From the NCBI GenBank assembly GCA_964509215.1, contig CAZDXK010000001.1, positions 1-35,913 on the forward strand: a stretch of DNA of 35,913 nucleotides, read 5' to 3'. Origin of the DNA: an uncultured Actinomycetes bacterium. Lineage in GTDB: Bacteria > Actinomycetota > UBA4738 > HRBIN12. A program made the translations under genes and the position numbers. The stretch's first letter is position 1; every line of letters starts with the position of its first letter. Shown here piece after piece: positions 16,293 to 24,016 of this stretch. The notes beneath the pieces are model-generated. The model was given only the letters and a program-made list of their open reading frames with translations, had not been told where the DNA came from and did not search any database.

Positions 16293-17375
16293 CTAGATAC
16301 CGAGTAGACCGAGCCGCTGCGCGAGGGCCGCCGCCTCCGCCCGCCGCTCCGCCCCCAGCTTCGCCAAGATGTTCGAGACGTGGGTCCCTACGGTCTTCGG
16401 GCTGATGAAGAGCTGATCCGCGATCTGCTTGTTCGTGCGCCCGGTCGCGACAAGCTGCAGGACTTCCAGCTCGCGCGCTGACAGACCAAGCTCGTCCGGA
16501 CTCACGCGCCGCGAGCGGGTCTGCGGGCTCGGAGGCAGGGTGAGGAGGAACCTGCGTACCTCGTCCACGATCGCGTCCTGGTCGCCCACCCACATCAGGT
16601 GGTCCACTCCGGGGAGCTCGACGTAGCGAGCCCCCTTGATCCCCTCCGCCAACGCGCGTCCCTGATGCACCGGAACGACCAGATCGCCGGTCCGATGAAG
16701 TACCAGGGTCGGTACTTCGATCCTGGGCAGCACGTCACCCCAATCGATCTGGTACCCCAGCTGCATCAGCGCACGAGCCGACCCGGGGCTCAGTCCCGAC
16801 CGGGTGAGCCGCAGGTACGCGGCAGTCGTTCGCTCGTCGGCCAAGAGGTTCGGCGCCCAGAACGCCGCACCGACGCCTTCGGTGCCCCACTCGTTCTCGA
16901 TCCTGTCGAGCGCCTCCTCCTCCGTGTTGGCCAGTCGGGAGAGCATGCCGGTCTCGGGCTCCAGCTTCGGGAACGTTCCGTACAGGATGAGTGCCACCGA
17001 GCGCTCGGGGTACGTGGCGGCGAACAGGCCGCACATCGCGCCACCTCCGAGCGTGCCGAACAGCACCGCGCGCTCGGAGCCGGCGGCGTCCATGACGACG
17101 CGGATGTCGTCCATGCGGTCGGGAAGGCTGGGGAGCCGGTCGGGGTCGACTCGATCCGATAGGCCCGTCCCGCGCTTGTCGAACAGGATCAGGCGCGAGA
17201 AGGAAGCGAGCCGCTCCAGGAAGCGTGCGAGCGGCGGGACCTCCCATGCCAGGTCCAGATGCGTGACCCATCCCGGCGAGAGGATCAGATCGACGGATCC
17301 CTCGCCCAGCACCTGATACGCGATGTTGAGACCGCCGCTCTTTGCATACTTCGTCCGAGGCCTCACAAGCCACAC
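16293..17375 (-). CDS. alpha/beta-hydrolase-fold domain (nucleophile Ser absent) fused to a C-terminal LuxR/FixJ-type HTH
   Basis: 360 aa. N-terminus NIAYQVLGEG..DLILSPGW...FDKRGTGLSDR is alpha/beta-hydrolase-like. The nucleophile elbow reads G-T-L-G-G instead of G-x-S-x-G. C-terminus LSARELEVLQLVATGRTNKQIADQLFISPKTVGTHVSNILAKLG is a canonical LuxR HTH. GTG start at 17375 (uncertain). Confidence 0.85.
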   Translation of the reverse strand: MWLVRPRTKYAKSGGLNIAYQVLGEGSVDLILSPGWVTHLDLAWEVPPLARFLERLASFSRLILFDKRGTGLSDRVDPDRLPSLPDRMDDIRVVMDAAGSERAVLFGTLGGGAMCGLFAATYPERSVALILYGTFPKLEPETGMLSRLANTEEEALDRIENEWGTEGVGAAFWAPNLLADERTTAAYLRLTRSGLSPGSARALMQLGYQIDWGDVLPRIEVPTLVLHRTGDLVVPVHQGRALAEGIKGARYVELPGVDHLMWVGDQDAIVDEVRRFLLTLPPSPQTRSRRVSPDELGLSARELEVLQLVATGRTNKQIADQLFISPKTVGTHVSNILAKLGAERRAEAAALAQRLGLLGI

Positions 17376-17423
17376 CCTATGTCGGGTGCGAGGGACCGTA
17401 CTCCGTCATGTTCCCTATGCCGG
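17376..17423. promoter_or_regulatory. divergent intergenic region with two copies of CCTATG(T/C)CGG (candidate operator); a third copy lies at 18114-18123
   Basis: CCTATGTCGG at 17376-17385, CCTATGCCGG at 17414-17423, CCTATGTCGG at 18114-18123. Also a TGCGG-TG-CCGCA inverted repeat near 17443-17454. Function is inferred only. Confidence 0.25.
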
Positions 17424-17522
17424 AATGCGGCGTCTTCCCGATTGCGGTGCCGCAGAGCCGGACCCACGATGGCACGTGACGCGTCGTCGTGGATCGAGAC
17501 CTATCGACAAGGAGGGATGGAT

Positions 17523-17750
17523 ATGCCGCTCATCAACGTGAAAGTGATCGAAGGCGTCTTCTCGGACGAGCAGAAGGGGGCGATCGTCCGAGGACTGACC
17601 GACGCCATGGTCGTGATCGAGGGCGAGAACATGCGGCCGGTCACGTGGTGCGTGATCGATGAGGTGCGCAGCGGTGACTGGGGCATCGGCGGCGATGCGC
17701 TGACGACCGACGCAGTGAAGAAGCTGGCAGCCGGCGTGCCGGTCGGCTGA
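17523..17750 (+). CDS. 4-oxalocrotonate tautomerase-family protein (75 aa)
   Basis: MPLINVKVIEGVFSDEQKGAIVRGLTDAMV...: catalytic Pro-1 context and beta-alpha-beta length typical of the tautomerase superfamily. AAGGAGGG lies upstream of ATG 17523. The longer track ORF (from 17259) is an unsupported extension. Confidence 0.85.
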   Translation: MPLINVKVIEGVFSDEQKGAIVRGLTDAMVVIEGENMRPVTWCVIDEVRSGDWGIGGDALTTDAVKKLAAGVPVG

Positions 17751-17855
17751 TCGCTCGATACCCGTCCGAGCAAGCCTGGGCATCCCTCCCCGCGAGACCC
17801 GGAGCCCGGATCGAGGCACGAAGCTTCATCGAATCACCGGGTGCCACCACGGAAG

Positions 17856-17887
17856 GAAGCCCGGAGCCCCTTGTGGCTCCGGGCTTC
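17856..17887 (+). terminator. strong GC hairpin between the tautomerase gene and the tRNA-Val fragment
   Basis: GAAGCCCGGAGCC-CCTTGT-GGCTCCGGGCTTC: 13 perfect bp with a 6-nt loop. No clear U-tract on either strand, so it could act in either direction. Confidence 0.4.
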
Positions 17888-17999
17888 TCATGCAGGGCTG
17901 ACGTTCGTCGGATTCGACAGCACGCGGCAGGATACATCCATGAGTCGCGTTTCTCGGCGCCTACTCACGTCCTTCATGACAGACCAACGGTTCTGCTTG

Positions 18000-18045
18000 T
18001 GGGCGCTAGAGGATTTGAACCTCTGACCTCTTCCGTGTCAGGGAA
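18000..18045 (-). other. tRNA-Val(GAC) 3' fragment (nt 28-73, no CCA); att-like repeat forming the right end of copy A
   Basis: 46 nt identical to 35860-35905. Beyond 18045 the sequence (caacggacc...) departs from the tRNA body (gcgctctc... at 35906). Confidence 0.85.
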
Positions 18046-18246
18046 CAACGGACCCCCTCTCTGAGCAGGCCGAAAACAGCATATCCCCTGCTCAGACCCC
18101 ATATCTAATAGAGCCTATGTCGGTGTAGTTCGATGTACGGACGAACAGTCCGTGGCAGAATCCAGGCAGAAAGCTAGTCGAAAAGACAGAATGCGGCTCC
18201 GTCAAGAACGCGGGCCGACCGCCGACGGAGATCAGGAGGTCGCTAC

Positions 18247-18411
18247 ATGTCGATTCAACTGTCCGAAGAAGCCTTCACGCTGCCGTACTTCCTGCGGGAG
18301 AGACTGGACCGCATGCATGAGCTGATCGACAGCGGTCCAGCTCGGGCGAAAGGGGAGCTTGCGGAAGCGAATGCTGAACTGGCCGAGTGGATCGGACCCG
18401 GCGTGCTCTAA
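18247..18411 (+). CDS. small hypothetical protein (54 aa) in the inter-copy spacer
   Basis: Below the ORF-track cutoff. ATG 18247 is preceded by AGGAGG with a 7-nt spacer. Product MSIQLSEEAFTLPYFLRERLDRMHELIDSGPARAKGELAEANAELAEWIGPGVL has balanced, helix-like composition. No family recognised. Confidence 0.4.
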   Translation: MSIQLSEEAFTLPYFLRERLDRMHELIDSGPARAKGELAEANAELAEWIGPGVL

Positions 18412-18500
18412 CGAGCTTGCGTGTGAGTGCTCACGCCGCCCGATGTTGTTCGCTGAACCAGCGGTCTTGCAACCGGGCTCGGTCGCGCTTTGCCTGCTTG

Positions 18501-18546
18501 TGGACCCACGGGGATTCGAACCCGGACCTATTGGCTGCCAGCCAAC
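18501..18546 (-). other. tRNA-Ala(GGC)-like 3' fragment (anticodon arm to discriminator), no 5' half
   Basis: Minus-strand reading GTTGG-CTGGCAG-CCAAT-AGGT-CCGGG-TTCGAAT-CCCCG-TGGGTCC-A: anticodon loop with GGC, a TTCGAAT T-loop, U70 compatible with Ala identity, and one T-stem mismatch. The upstream sequence has no D-arm or acceptor complement. Confidence 0.5.
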
Positions 18547-18592
18547 GCCGTGGGAGCACGCGTTCATCGTTTGCGCTGCTCAACGCCTCCCA

Positions 18593-18641
18593 TGTCCCTC
18601 CGTGTCCCTCAGCGCACGTTACTCCGTTCGTTACTCCGTTG
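18593..18641. repeat. short tandem direct repeats beside the tRNA-Ala-like fragment (TGTCCCTC x2, period 10; GTTACTCCGTT x2, period 12)
   Basis: caTGTCCCTCcgTGTCCCTCag at 18593-18610 and GTTACTCCGTTcGTTACTCCGTTg at 18618-18641, read directly. Function unknown. Confidence 0.45.
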
Positions 18642-19138
18642 GCAGTTCCCCACCGCAGGTCACGTCCCGTCAAGTGGTGTGTACGAGTCGCCGCGTCATC
18701 CTTGGTCCTCAGCTCGCCGCGACGCGCTCGGCGATCTCTTGTTGATCTACAGCAACCAGTCCTCGTCCGCGAGAAGCTCCATTCTGACCTCGCGTGGCTG
18801 GCCGGTTTGACGGTCCAGCGCGAGACTGCGGTGGCAGGGTACCGGTCGAATGCCCACGCTCAAGCAGTGCTCCGAGGTCAGATCTTCTCCTTCCTCGACG
18901 ACTTACGGAGTGGTGGTGCTAAGCCGGTTGAAAGGCTAACGGTAGCCGGTCGAAGGTCAGCACCTAGGGTCGGTTGAGCTTCCGGTTGCTGACTGGCTCG
19001 CTCTGGGGGCTGCGCCTCCAGAGCTACTGGGCTTTCAAGGTCAATGGGACTCAATTGACCGCTGAGCCAACGACCTACCCCCAGCCGACGACGATGCAGG
19101 AATCGCCCCGGGGCTAAGGTCGCGGTCAGCGCCCCGTC

Positions 19139-19717
19139 CTAGGCCCGGACGAATCGGGCGGAACCAAGAACGGGCGCGATGAGCGTCTCGTTCCCGTCTG
19201 TCCACTTGACCCGGTAGCTCACGCTCAAGTCGCCGTGGATGACTTGAAGAATTTCCCCCTCGCGGGGTTGGGAGCCAACCTTGGGGGATTCGATGACGAT
19301 GAGGTCGCCTCGCTTGGCTGGCATCGTCGTCGCGAGTGTGCGAGTTGCCGGCGTCGCGGTCTGCCCAGATGCCCTTGCGCCTCGGAGTGCAGGTCGTTTG
19401 GCCTGAGACGCGATTGGAGCTGAGCGACTCGCCGTGGCCCTCCTCGCTGTCGCCTTCTTGGCGATCGTCTTCTTCGCCATGACCTTCTTCGCGCTCTTCT
19501 TCCTGCCGGTGACCTTCCTCGCGACGGGCTTCTTGGCAATCGTCTTCTTGGCAGTCGTCTTGGCCGTGGTCTTCCTCGCAGTGGTCTTCCTCGGATTTGT
19601 CTTGCCAGGGGTCCTCCTCGCCGCGACCTTCCGGGCCGTCGACTTCTTCGCGCTGACCTTCCTTGCCGTCATCTTCTTGGTCGTTGTCTTCTTGGCAGTG
19701 GTCTTGTTCGCTGGCAC
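19139..19717 (-). CDS. Lys/Thr/Ala-rich basic tail + DUF1918-like domain protein (copy B)
   Basis: Translation identical to 1279..1857. Confidence 0.75.
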   Translation of the reverse strand: MPANKTTAKKTTTKKMTARKVSAKKSTARKVAARRTPGKTNPRKTTARKTTAKTTAKKTIAKKPVARKVTGRKKSAKKVMAKKTIAKKATARRATASRSAPIASQAKRPALRGARASGQTATPATRTLATTMPAKRGDLIVIESPKVGSQPREGEILQVIHGDLSVSYRVKWTDGNETLIAPVLGSARFVRA

Positions 19718-19900
19718 GGTTCCCCTCCTGGCGCTAACAGCCGCATCGAGAGACTACTCCCCTTGGTACTCCTCGAAGCATGCTCGGGGCGGTCGGGAGT
19801 AGGTGAGTCCTGTCCTGAACGCCTCGTTCCGAGCGGTGCCATGCTGCCCGTCGAACTGAGCCAGGTAGGATCAGGCCGAGAAGGCGACAAGAGGCTCTTA

Positions 19901-20293
19901 TTAAGATCCTTCACGGTGTGAAACCAGCACCTAGGACGGATCGACCTGCGCACTAACCCTAGCCCCGATGTTCACGGCCAGGCCGCCGATCTTGCCGTTA
20001 TGGTCGTGACTTCCCCGGTGTGGAGACCTGTTCGGTGACGGGAAGGCTCGACATCTTCTGATCCACCCGTCTGACGAGCTCGCGGAGATCGTCGGCGACG
20101 TAGGTGGGACGCACCTCCGACGCCGCGAGCTCCTCCTTGGTCGACACCCCGTCAGCACGAGCAGGGAGTCCCAGCCGTCGTGGGAGTGACTTCGTATGCG
20201 TCCCACTGAGCCGGGCTGCGCTTGGCGCCGGTACGCTGGCGTCCGACACCATCCCTGGAAGTTGGTGAAGATTACCCAACTGCGCGACCTCAA
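19901..20293 (-). pseudogene. decayed class III nucleotidyl cyclase domain (copy B)
   Basis: Identical to 2041..2433. Confidence 0.45.
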
Positions 20294-20302
20294 TTTCCGG
20301 CC

Positions 20303-21268
20303 TCAAACGCCCAGCACATCCTCCGCACGGTGGCAGGACACGGTTCGGCCCGGTTCGACTTCCCGCAGCTGCGGCACCTCGACCCGACAACGGTCGACCG
20401 CGAGCTTGCACCGCGGATGGAAGGGGCACCCGAGTGGCGGGTCGGCTGGATCGGGGACGTTGCCCGGCAGCACCACGCGCGACCGGCGTGCCGCCAGATC
20501 GATCTCTGGTACTGCCGACCTGAGCGCCACCGTGTACGGGTGCGCCGGCCGGGCCAGCACTTCCTCCGTCGGCCCCTGCTCCACGATCTTCCCGAGGTAT
20601 AGGACCGCGGTCTCCTCGCAGAGCTGCTCCACAACCGCAAGGTTGTGGGACACGAGCACGTAGGCGAGCCCGCGTTCCTTGCGCAGCTTCCCGATCAGCT
20701 CGAGGATCCGCGCCTGCACGGTCACGTCGAGCGCGCTCGTCGGCTCGTCCAGCACCAGCACCCGCGGCTCCACCGATAGGGCGCGGGCGATCGCGACTCG
20801 CTGGCGCTGCCCGCCTGATAGCTGATGTGGGTACCGCCCCGCGAAACCATCCGCCAGCCCCACCTCGGCCAACAGCGACTCAACCCTTCCCGGGATGTCC
20901 GCCTTGGGCACGATCCCGTGCGCGCGCAGCGGCTCTGCCACCGCCGCGCCGATCCGCACACGTGGGTCCAGGCTCGTCGTCGGATCCTGGAACACGATCT
21001 GCACGGTTCGCCGGTACGCGCGCAGCTCACCGCCGCGCAGGCGCAGCACGTCCTGCCCCCCCAGCCGGATCGAGCCTCCCTCGGCATGAACCAGCCGCAG
21101 GAGCGCGCGAGCGATGGTCGTCTTGCCCGACCCACTCTCCCCCACGAGCCCGAGCCCGAACGGGCCAATCGGCAACGAGAACGACACCCCGTCCACGGCG
21201 CGCACAAGCCCGAACCGGACATGAAGGTCCTCGACCTCCAGGAGCGGGGCGCCGGCGCTATCGGTCAT
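20303..21268 (-). CDS. ABC transporter ATP-binding protein (OppF/DppF-like), copy B
   Basis: Translation identical to 2443..3408. Confidence 0.9.
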   Translation of the reverse strand: MTDSAGAPLLEVEDLHVRFGLVRAVDGVSFSLPIGPFGLGLVGESGSGKTTIARALLRLVHAEGGSIRLGGQDVLRLRGGELRAYRRTVQIVFQDPTTSLDPRVRIGAAVAEPLRAHGIVPKADIPGRVESLLAEVGLADGFAGRYPHQLSGGQRQRVAIARALSVEPRVLVLDEPTSALDVTVQARILELIGKLRKERGLAYVLVSHNLAVVEQLCEETAVLYLGKIVEQGPTEEVLARPAHPYTVALRSAVPEIDLAARRSRVVLPGNVPDPADPPLGCPFHPRCKLAVDRCRVEVPQLREVEPGRTVSCHRAEDVLGV

Positions 21269-22074
21269 CGAGGGCCCGGCCCCCCGATCCTGGGCACCGC
21301 CGCCACGAGCTCCCTCGTGTAGACGTGCCGCGGTTCGCCGAGCACCCGGGGCGTCGATCCTTCCTCGACGATCCGCCCCGCCCGCATCACCGCAAGGCGG
21401 TCGCAGAGCTCCGAGATCACCGCGAGGTCGTGGGTGATGAACAGCACGCTCATCCCCCGCTCGTCGCGGAGCCGGCGGAGCAGCTCCAGGATCTCGGCCT
21501 GCACCGTGACGTCGAGCGCGCTCGTGGGCTCGTCGGCGAGGAGCACCTCCGACCGGAGCGCGACCGCCATCGCGATGACCACACGCTGCGCCTGCCCACC
21601 GGAGAGCTGGTGGGGGTACCGCACCAGCAGCTCCGGTGAGAGCAGCACCGAGCGGAGCGCTTCGGCGGAGCGCTCGCGCGCCTGTTCACGGGAGGCGCCG
21701 TGCACCCGCAGCGTCCGCTCGAACAGCTCGCCCACACGGGTGAGCGGGTCGAGCGAGGCCACCGGGCTCTGGAAGATCGCCGCAATGCGGCTGCCACGGA
21801 TCTGGCGCAACCGATGCTCCGGGGCGCCGACGAGCTCCTCCCCGTCGAGCCGGATGCTCCCCTCGACCGTCGCCCCGAGCGTTCCGGCCAGCCCCAGCAC
21901 GGCCAGCGACGTCATCGATTTCCCCGAGCCGCTCTCGCCGGCGAGTCCCAAGATCTCGCCGGCTCTCAGGTCGAGCCGCTCCAGCTCCACCACGCGTCGC
22001 TCGCCGAACCGGATCCGCAGGTCGCGCACTCCGAGCCGCGGTTCGCGTGCGGCTGTTGGCGTCGCGTCGCTCAT
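21265..22074 (-). CDS. ABC transporter ATP-binding protein (OppD/DppD-like), copy B
   Basis: Identical to 3405..4214. Confidence 0.9.
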   Translation of the reverse strand: MSDATPTAAREPRLGVRDLRIRFGERRVVELERLDLRAGEILGLAGESGSGKSMTSLAVLGLAGTLGATVEGSIRLDGEELVGAPEHRLRQIRGSRIAAIFQSPVASLDPLTRVGELFERTLRVHGASREQARERSAEALRSVLLSPELLVRYPHQLSGGQAQRVVIAMAVALRSEVLLADEPTSALDVTVQAEILELLRRLRDERGMSVLFITHDLAVISELCDRLAVMRAGRIVEEGSTPRVLGEPRHVYTRELVAAVPRIGGPGPR

Positions 22075-23000
22075 CGCGACAGTACCCGCCTCGGGTCCAG
22101 GATCTCCCGGAGCCCGTCGCCGAGCAGGTTGAACGCCACCGCGGTGAGGAAGATCGCCGCGCCCGGGAACGTCCCTAACCACCAGTGGGTGGTGAAGAAT
22201 GACAGACCCTGACTCACCATGAGGCCCCAGTCCGGGGTGGGATCCTGCGCACCGAGCCCCAGGAACGACAACGCGGAAGCCGTCAGGATCACGCCACCCA
22301 CGTCCGACGAAACCTGGACGATCACCGGGGTGATGGAGTTCGGCAGGATGTGCCGCAAGAGGATCCGGCGGTGCGGGATGCCCAGGGCCCGAGCGCTTTC
22401 CACGAACGGGCGCCCAGCAACCGAAGCGGCCTGCCCGCGAACGAGCCGCGTGTACCAGGGCCACCAGGTGATCGCGATGGCAATCACCGTCGTGCCGAGC
22501 GAGGGCGTGAGGACCGCCGCGAACGCGAGCGCCAGAAGCAAGGCCGGAAAAGCCAGGAACACGTCGGTCACTCGCATGATGGTCTCGTCCACGATCCCAC
22601 CGAAGTAGCCGGCTACGGTCCCGAGCGGCACGCCGACCACGGTCGAGATCACCAGCACCAGCACCGCGATCGTCGGTGAGATGCGAGCGCCGTAGATCAC
22701 GCGCGACAGGACGTCCCTCCCCACCTGATCCGTGCCGAACGGATGCTGGAGCGAGGGCGAGAGCAGGATCTGGCTCGGGTGTGTGGCGCTTCCCGCGTCC
22801 TCCGGGAACGGCGCGAGCAATGGCGCGAGCAACGCCACCAGGACGATCAGCAGGGATAGCCCGGCGCCCCACGCGAGGAGCGGGTTCCGCCGGAATCCCG
22901 CGACGACGTCCCGCCACCGTCCGGGCGGTCTCGGCTCCGCACCTCGTTCCTCGATAACGGCGACCGCGCCGTCGTGGGCTCGTACCGGTTCGTCGGCCAT
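22071..23000 (-). CDS. ABC transporter permease (DppC-like), copy B
   Basis: Identical to 4211..5140. Confidence 0.85.
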   Translation of the reverse strand: MADEPVRAHDGAVAVIEERGAEPRPPGRWRDVVAGFRRNPLLAWGAGLSLLIVLVALLAPLLAPFPEDAGSATHPSQILLSPSLQHPFGTDQVGRDVLSRVIYGARISPTIAVLVLVISTVVGVPLGTVAGYFGGIVDETIMRVTDVFLAFPALLLALAFAAVLTPSLGTTVIAIAITWWPWYTRLVRGQAASVAGRPFVESARALGIPHRRILLRHILPNSITPVIVQVSSDVGGVILTASALSFLGLGAQDPTPDWGLMVSQGLSFFTTHWWLGTFPGAAIFLTAVAFNLLGDGLREILDPRRVLSR

Positions 23001-24016
23001 CAGCTCAGCCGGATCCTCGGGTCGATGAGAGCCTGGATCACGTCGACCAGCGTGTTCCCCACGACGTAGACGATTGCCACGAAGAGCGTCACGCCGACGA
23101 TCGCCGGGGTATCGAGTGCCGACACGGCGTCGGCCGCGTAGCTTCCGAGGCCCGGTCGGTTGAAGATCGCCTCGACCAGGAAGGCGTTCACGATCGAGTA
23201 CGCGAAGACGAGTGCGAGGATCGCCAACACCGGGTTCCACACATGTCGGAGGGCGAATCGCCCGAACACGCTCCGCTCGGAGAATCCCAGCGCGCGAACC
23301 ATGCGGATGTGGTCCTCCCCGACCGTGTCGAGGACGGAGGCCCGGACCATCCTCGTGATCACACCGAAGGGATAGGCCGCGATCACGACGGCCGGGAGGA
23401 CGAGGTGCTGGAGGGTGCTCCAGAGCACCGGCCAGTTCCCGGTGATCAGCGAGTCGATCACCGGCATGTTGGTGATGCTCCGGAGCGGACTCGTGTAGTC
23501 GAGGTCCGGGGCGTAGGTCCCCGCCACCGGCAACACCCGGAGCCACTGGAAGAACACGAGCTGGAGGATCAGCGCCAACCAGAACGAGGGCATGGACACT
23601 CCGAACACCGCGCCCAGGCGCGCGAGGAAGTCGGGGGCACGTCCCTTCCACCGCGCCGACACCAGCCCCAGTGGGACACCGACCACCAGGGCAAGGATCA
23701 ATGCGGCGGCCACCAGCTCGATCGTCGCCGGCGCCCTCCGGGCGATGTCGGTGAGCACGGGGCGACGCGTCCGGAGCGACACCCCCCAGTCGCCTGAGGC
23801 GACCCCTCCGAGGTAGGCCACGATCTGAACGGGCATCGGTCGGTCGAGCCCGAGCTCATCGCGCGCTTGCTTCACCTGCTCGGGGCGGGCGCGCGGGCCC
23901 GCCCATGTGGCCGCCGGGTCGCCCGGGACCACGCGGGCGATCACGAACGTCAGGACCACCACCCCCACCACCACGAGCGCGGCGAGAGCGACGCGACGGA
24001 CGAGGTAGCGGCTCAC
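23000..24016 (-). CDS. ABC transporter permease (DppB-like), copy B
   Basis: Identical to 5140..6156. Confidence 0.9.
   Translation of the reverse strand: MSRYLVRRVALAALVVVGVVVLTFVIARVVPGDPAATWAGPRARPEQVKQARDELGLDRPMPVQIVAYLGGVASGDWGVSLRTRRPVLTDIARRAPATIELVAAALILALVVGVPLGLVSARWKGRAPDFLARLGAVFGVSMPSFWLALILQLVFFQWLRVLPVAGTYAPDLDYTSPLRSITNMPVIDSLITGNWPVLWSTLQHLVLPAVVIAAYPFGVITRMVRASVLDTVGEDHIRMVRALGFSERSVFGRFALRHVWNPVLAILALVFAYSIVNAFLVEAIFNRPGLGSYAADAVSALDTPAIVGVTLFVAIVYVVGNTLVDVIQALIDPRIRLS

Larger units (their letters stand above)
1183..18045. repeat. Copy A of a ~16.86-kb direct repeat (partner 19044..35905)
   Basis: All ORF-track proteins from 1279 to 17937 recur with identical sequence at +17,860. 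By eye the match starts at ATGGGACTCAATTGACC (1183 / 19044) and ends at ...GTGTCAGGGAA (18045 / 35905). Differences seen: an extra T at 1200, and C1227 versus G19087. Confidence 0.95.

Noticed and set aside
18232-18977. Track ORFs 18232..18567 (-), 18359..18745 (+), 18387..18977 (+), 18431..18673 (-) and 18490..18810 (+) in the spacer
   Set aside because: They run across the tRNA-like fragment and tandem repeats, have Arg/Ser/Pro-biased composition, and lack SD sequences. Only the sub-threshold 54-aa ORF at 18247..18411 has a convincing ribosome-binding site.
18501-19090. Possible tmRNA (ssrA) on the minus strand, suggested by the tRNA-Ala-like 3' end with U70 and a G-rich sequence near 19085
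   Set aside because: No 5' sequence can pair with the acceptor 3' strand TGGGTCC (candidates give at most partial pairing). The span would be ~585 nt, too long for a tmRNA. There is no GGnTTCGAC-type 5' motif in the right place and no tag reading frame ending in ...ALAA-like codons. It is treated as a tRNA 3' fragment instead.
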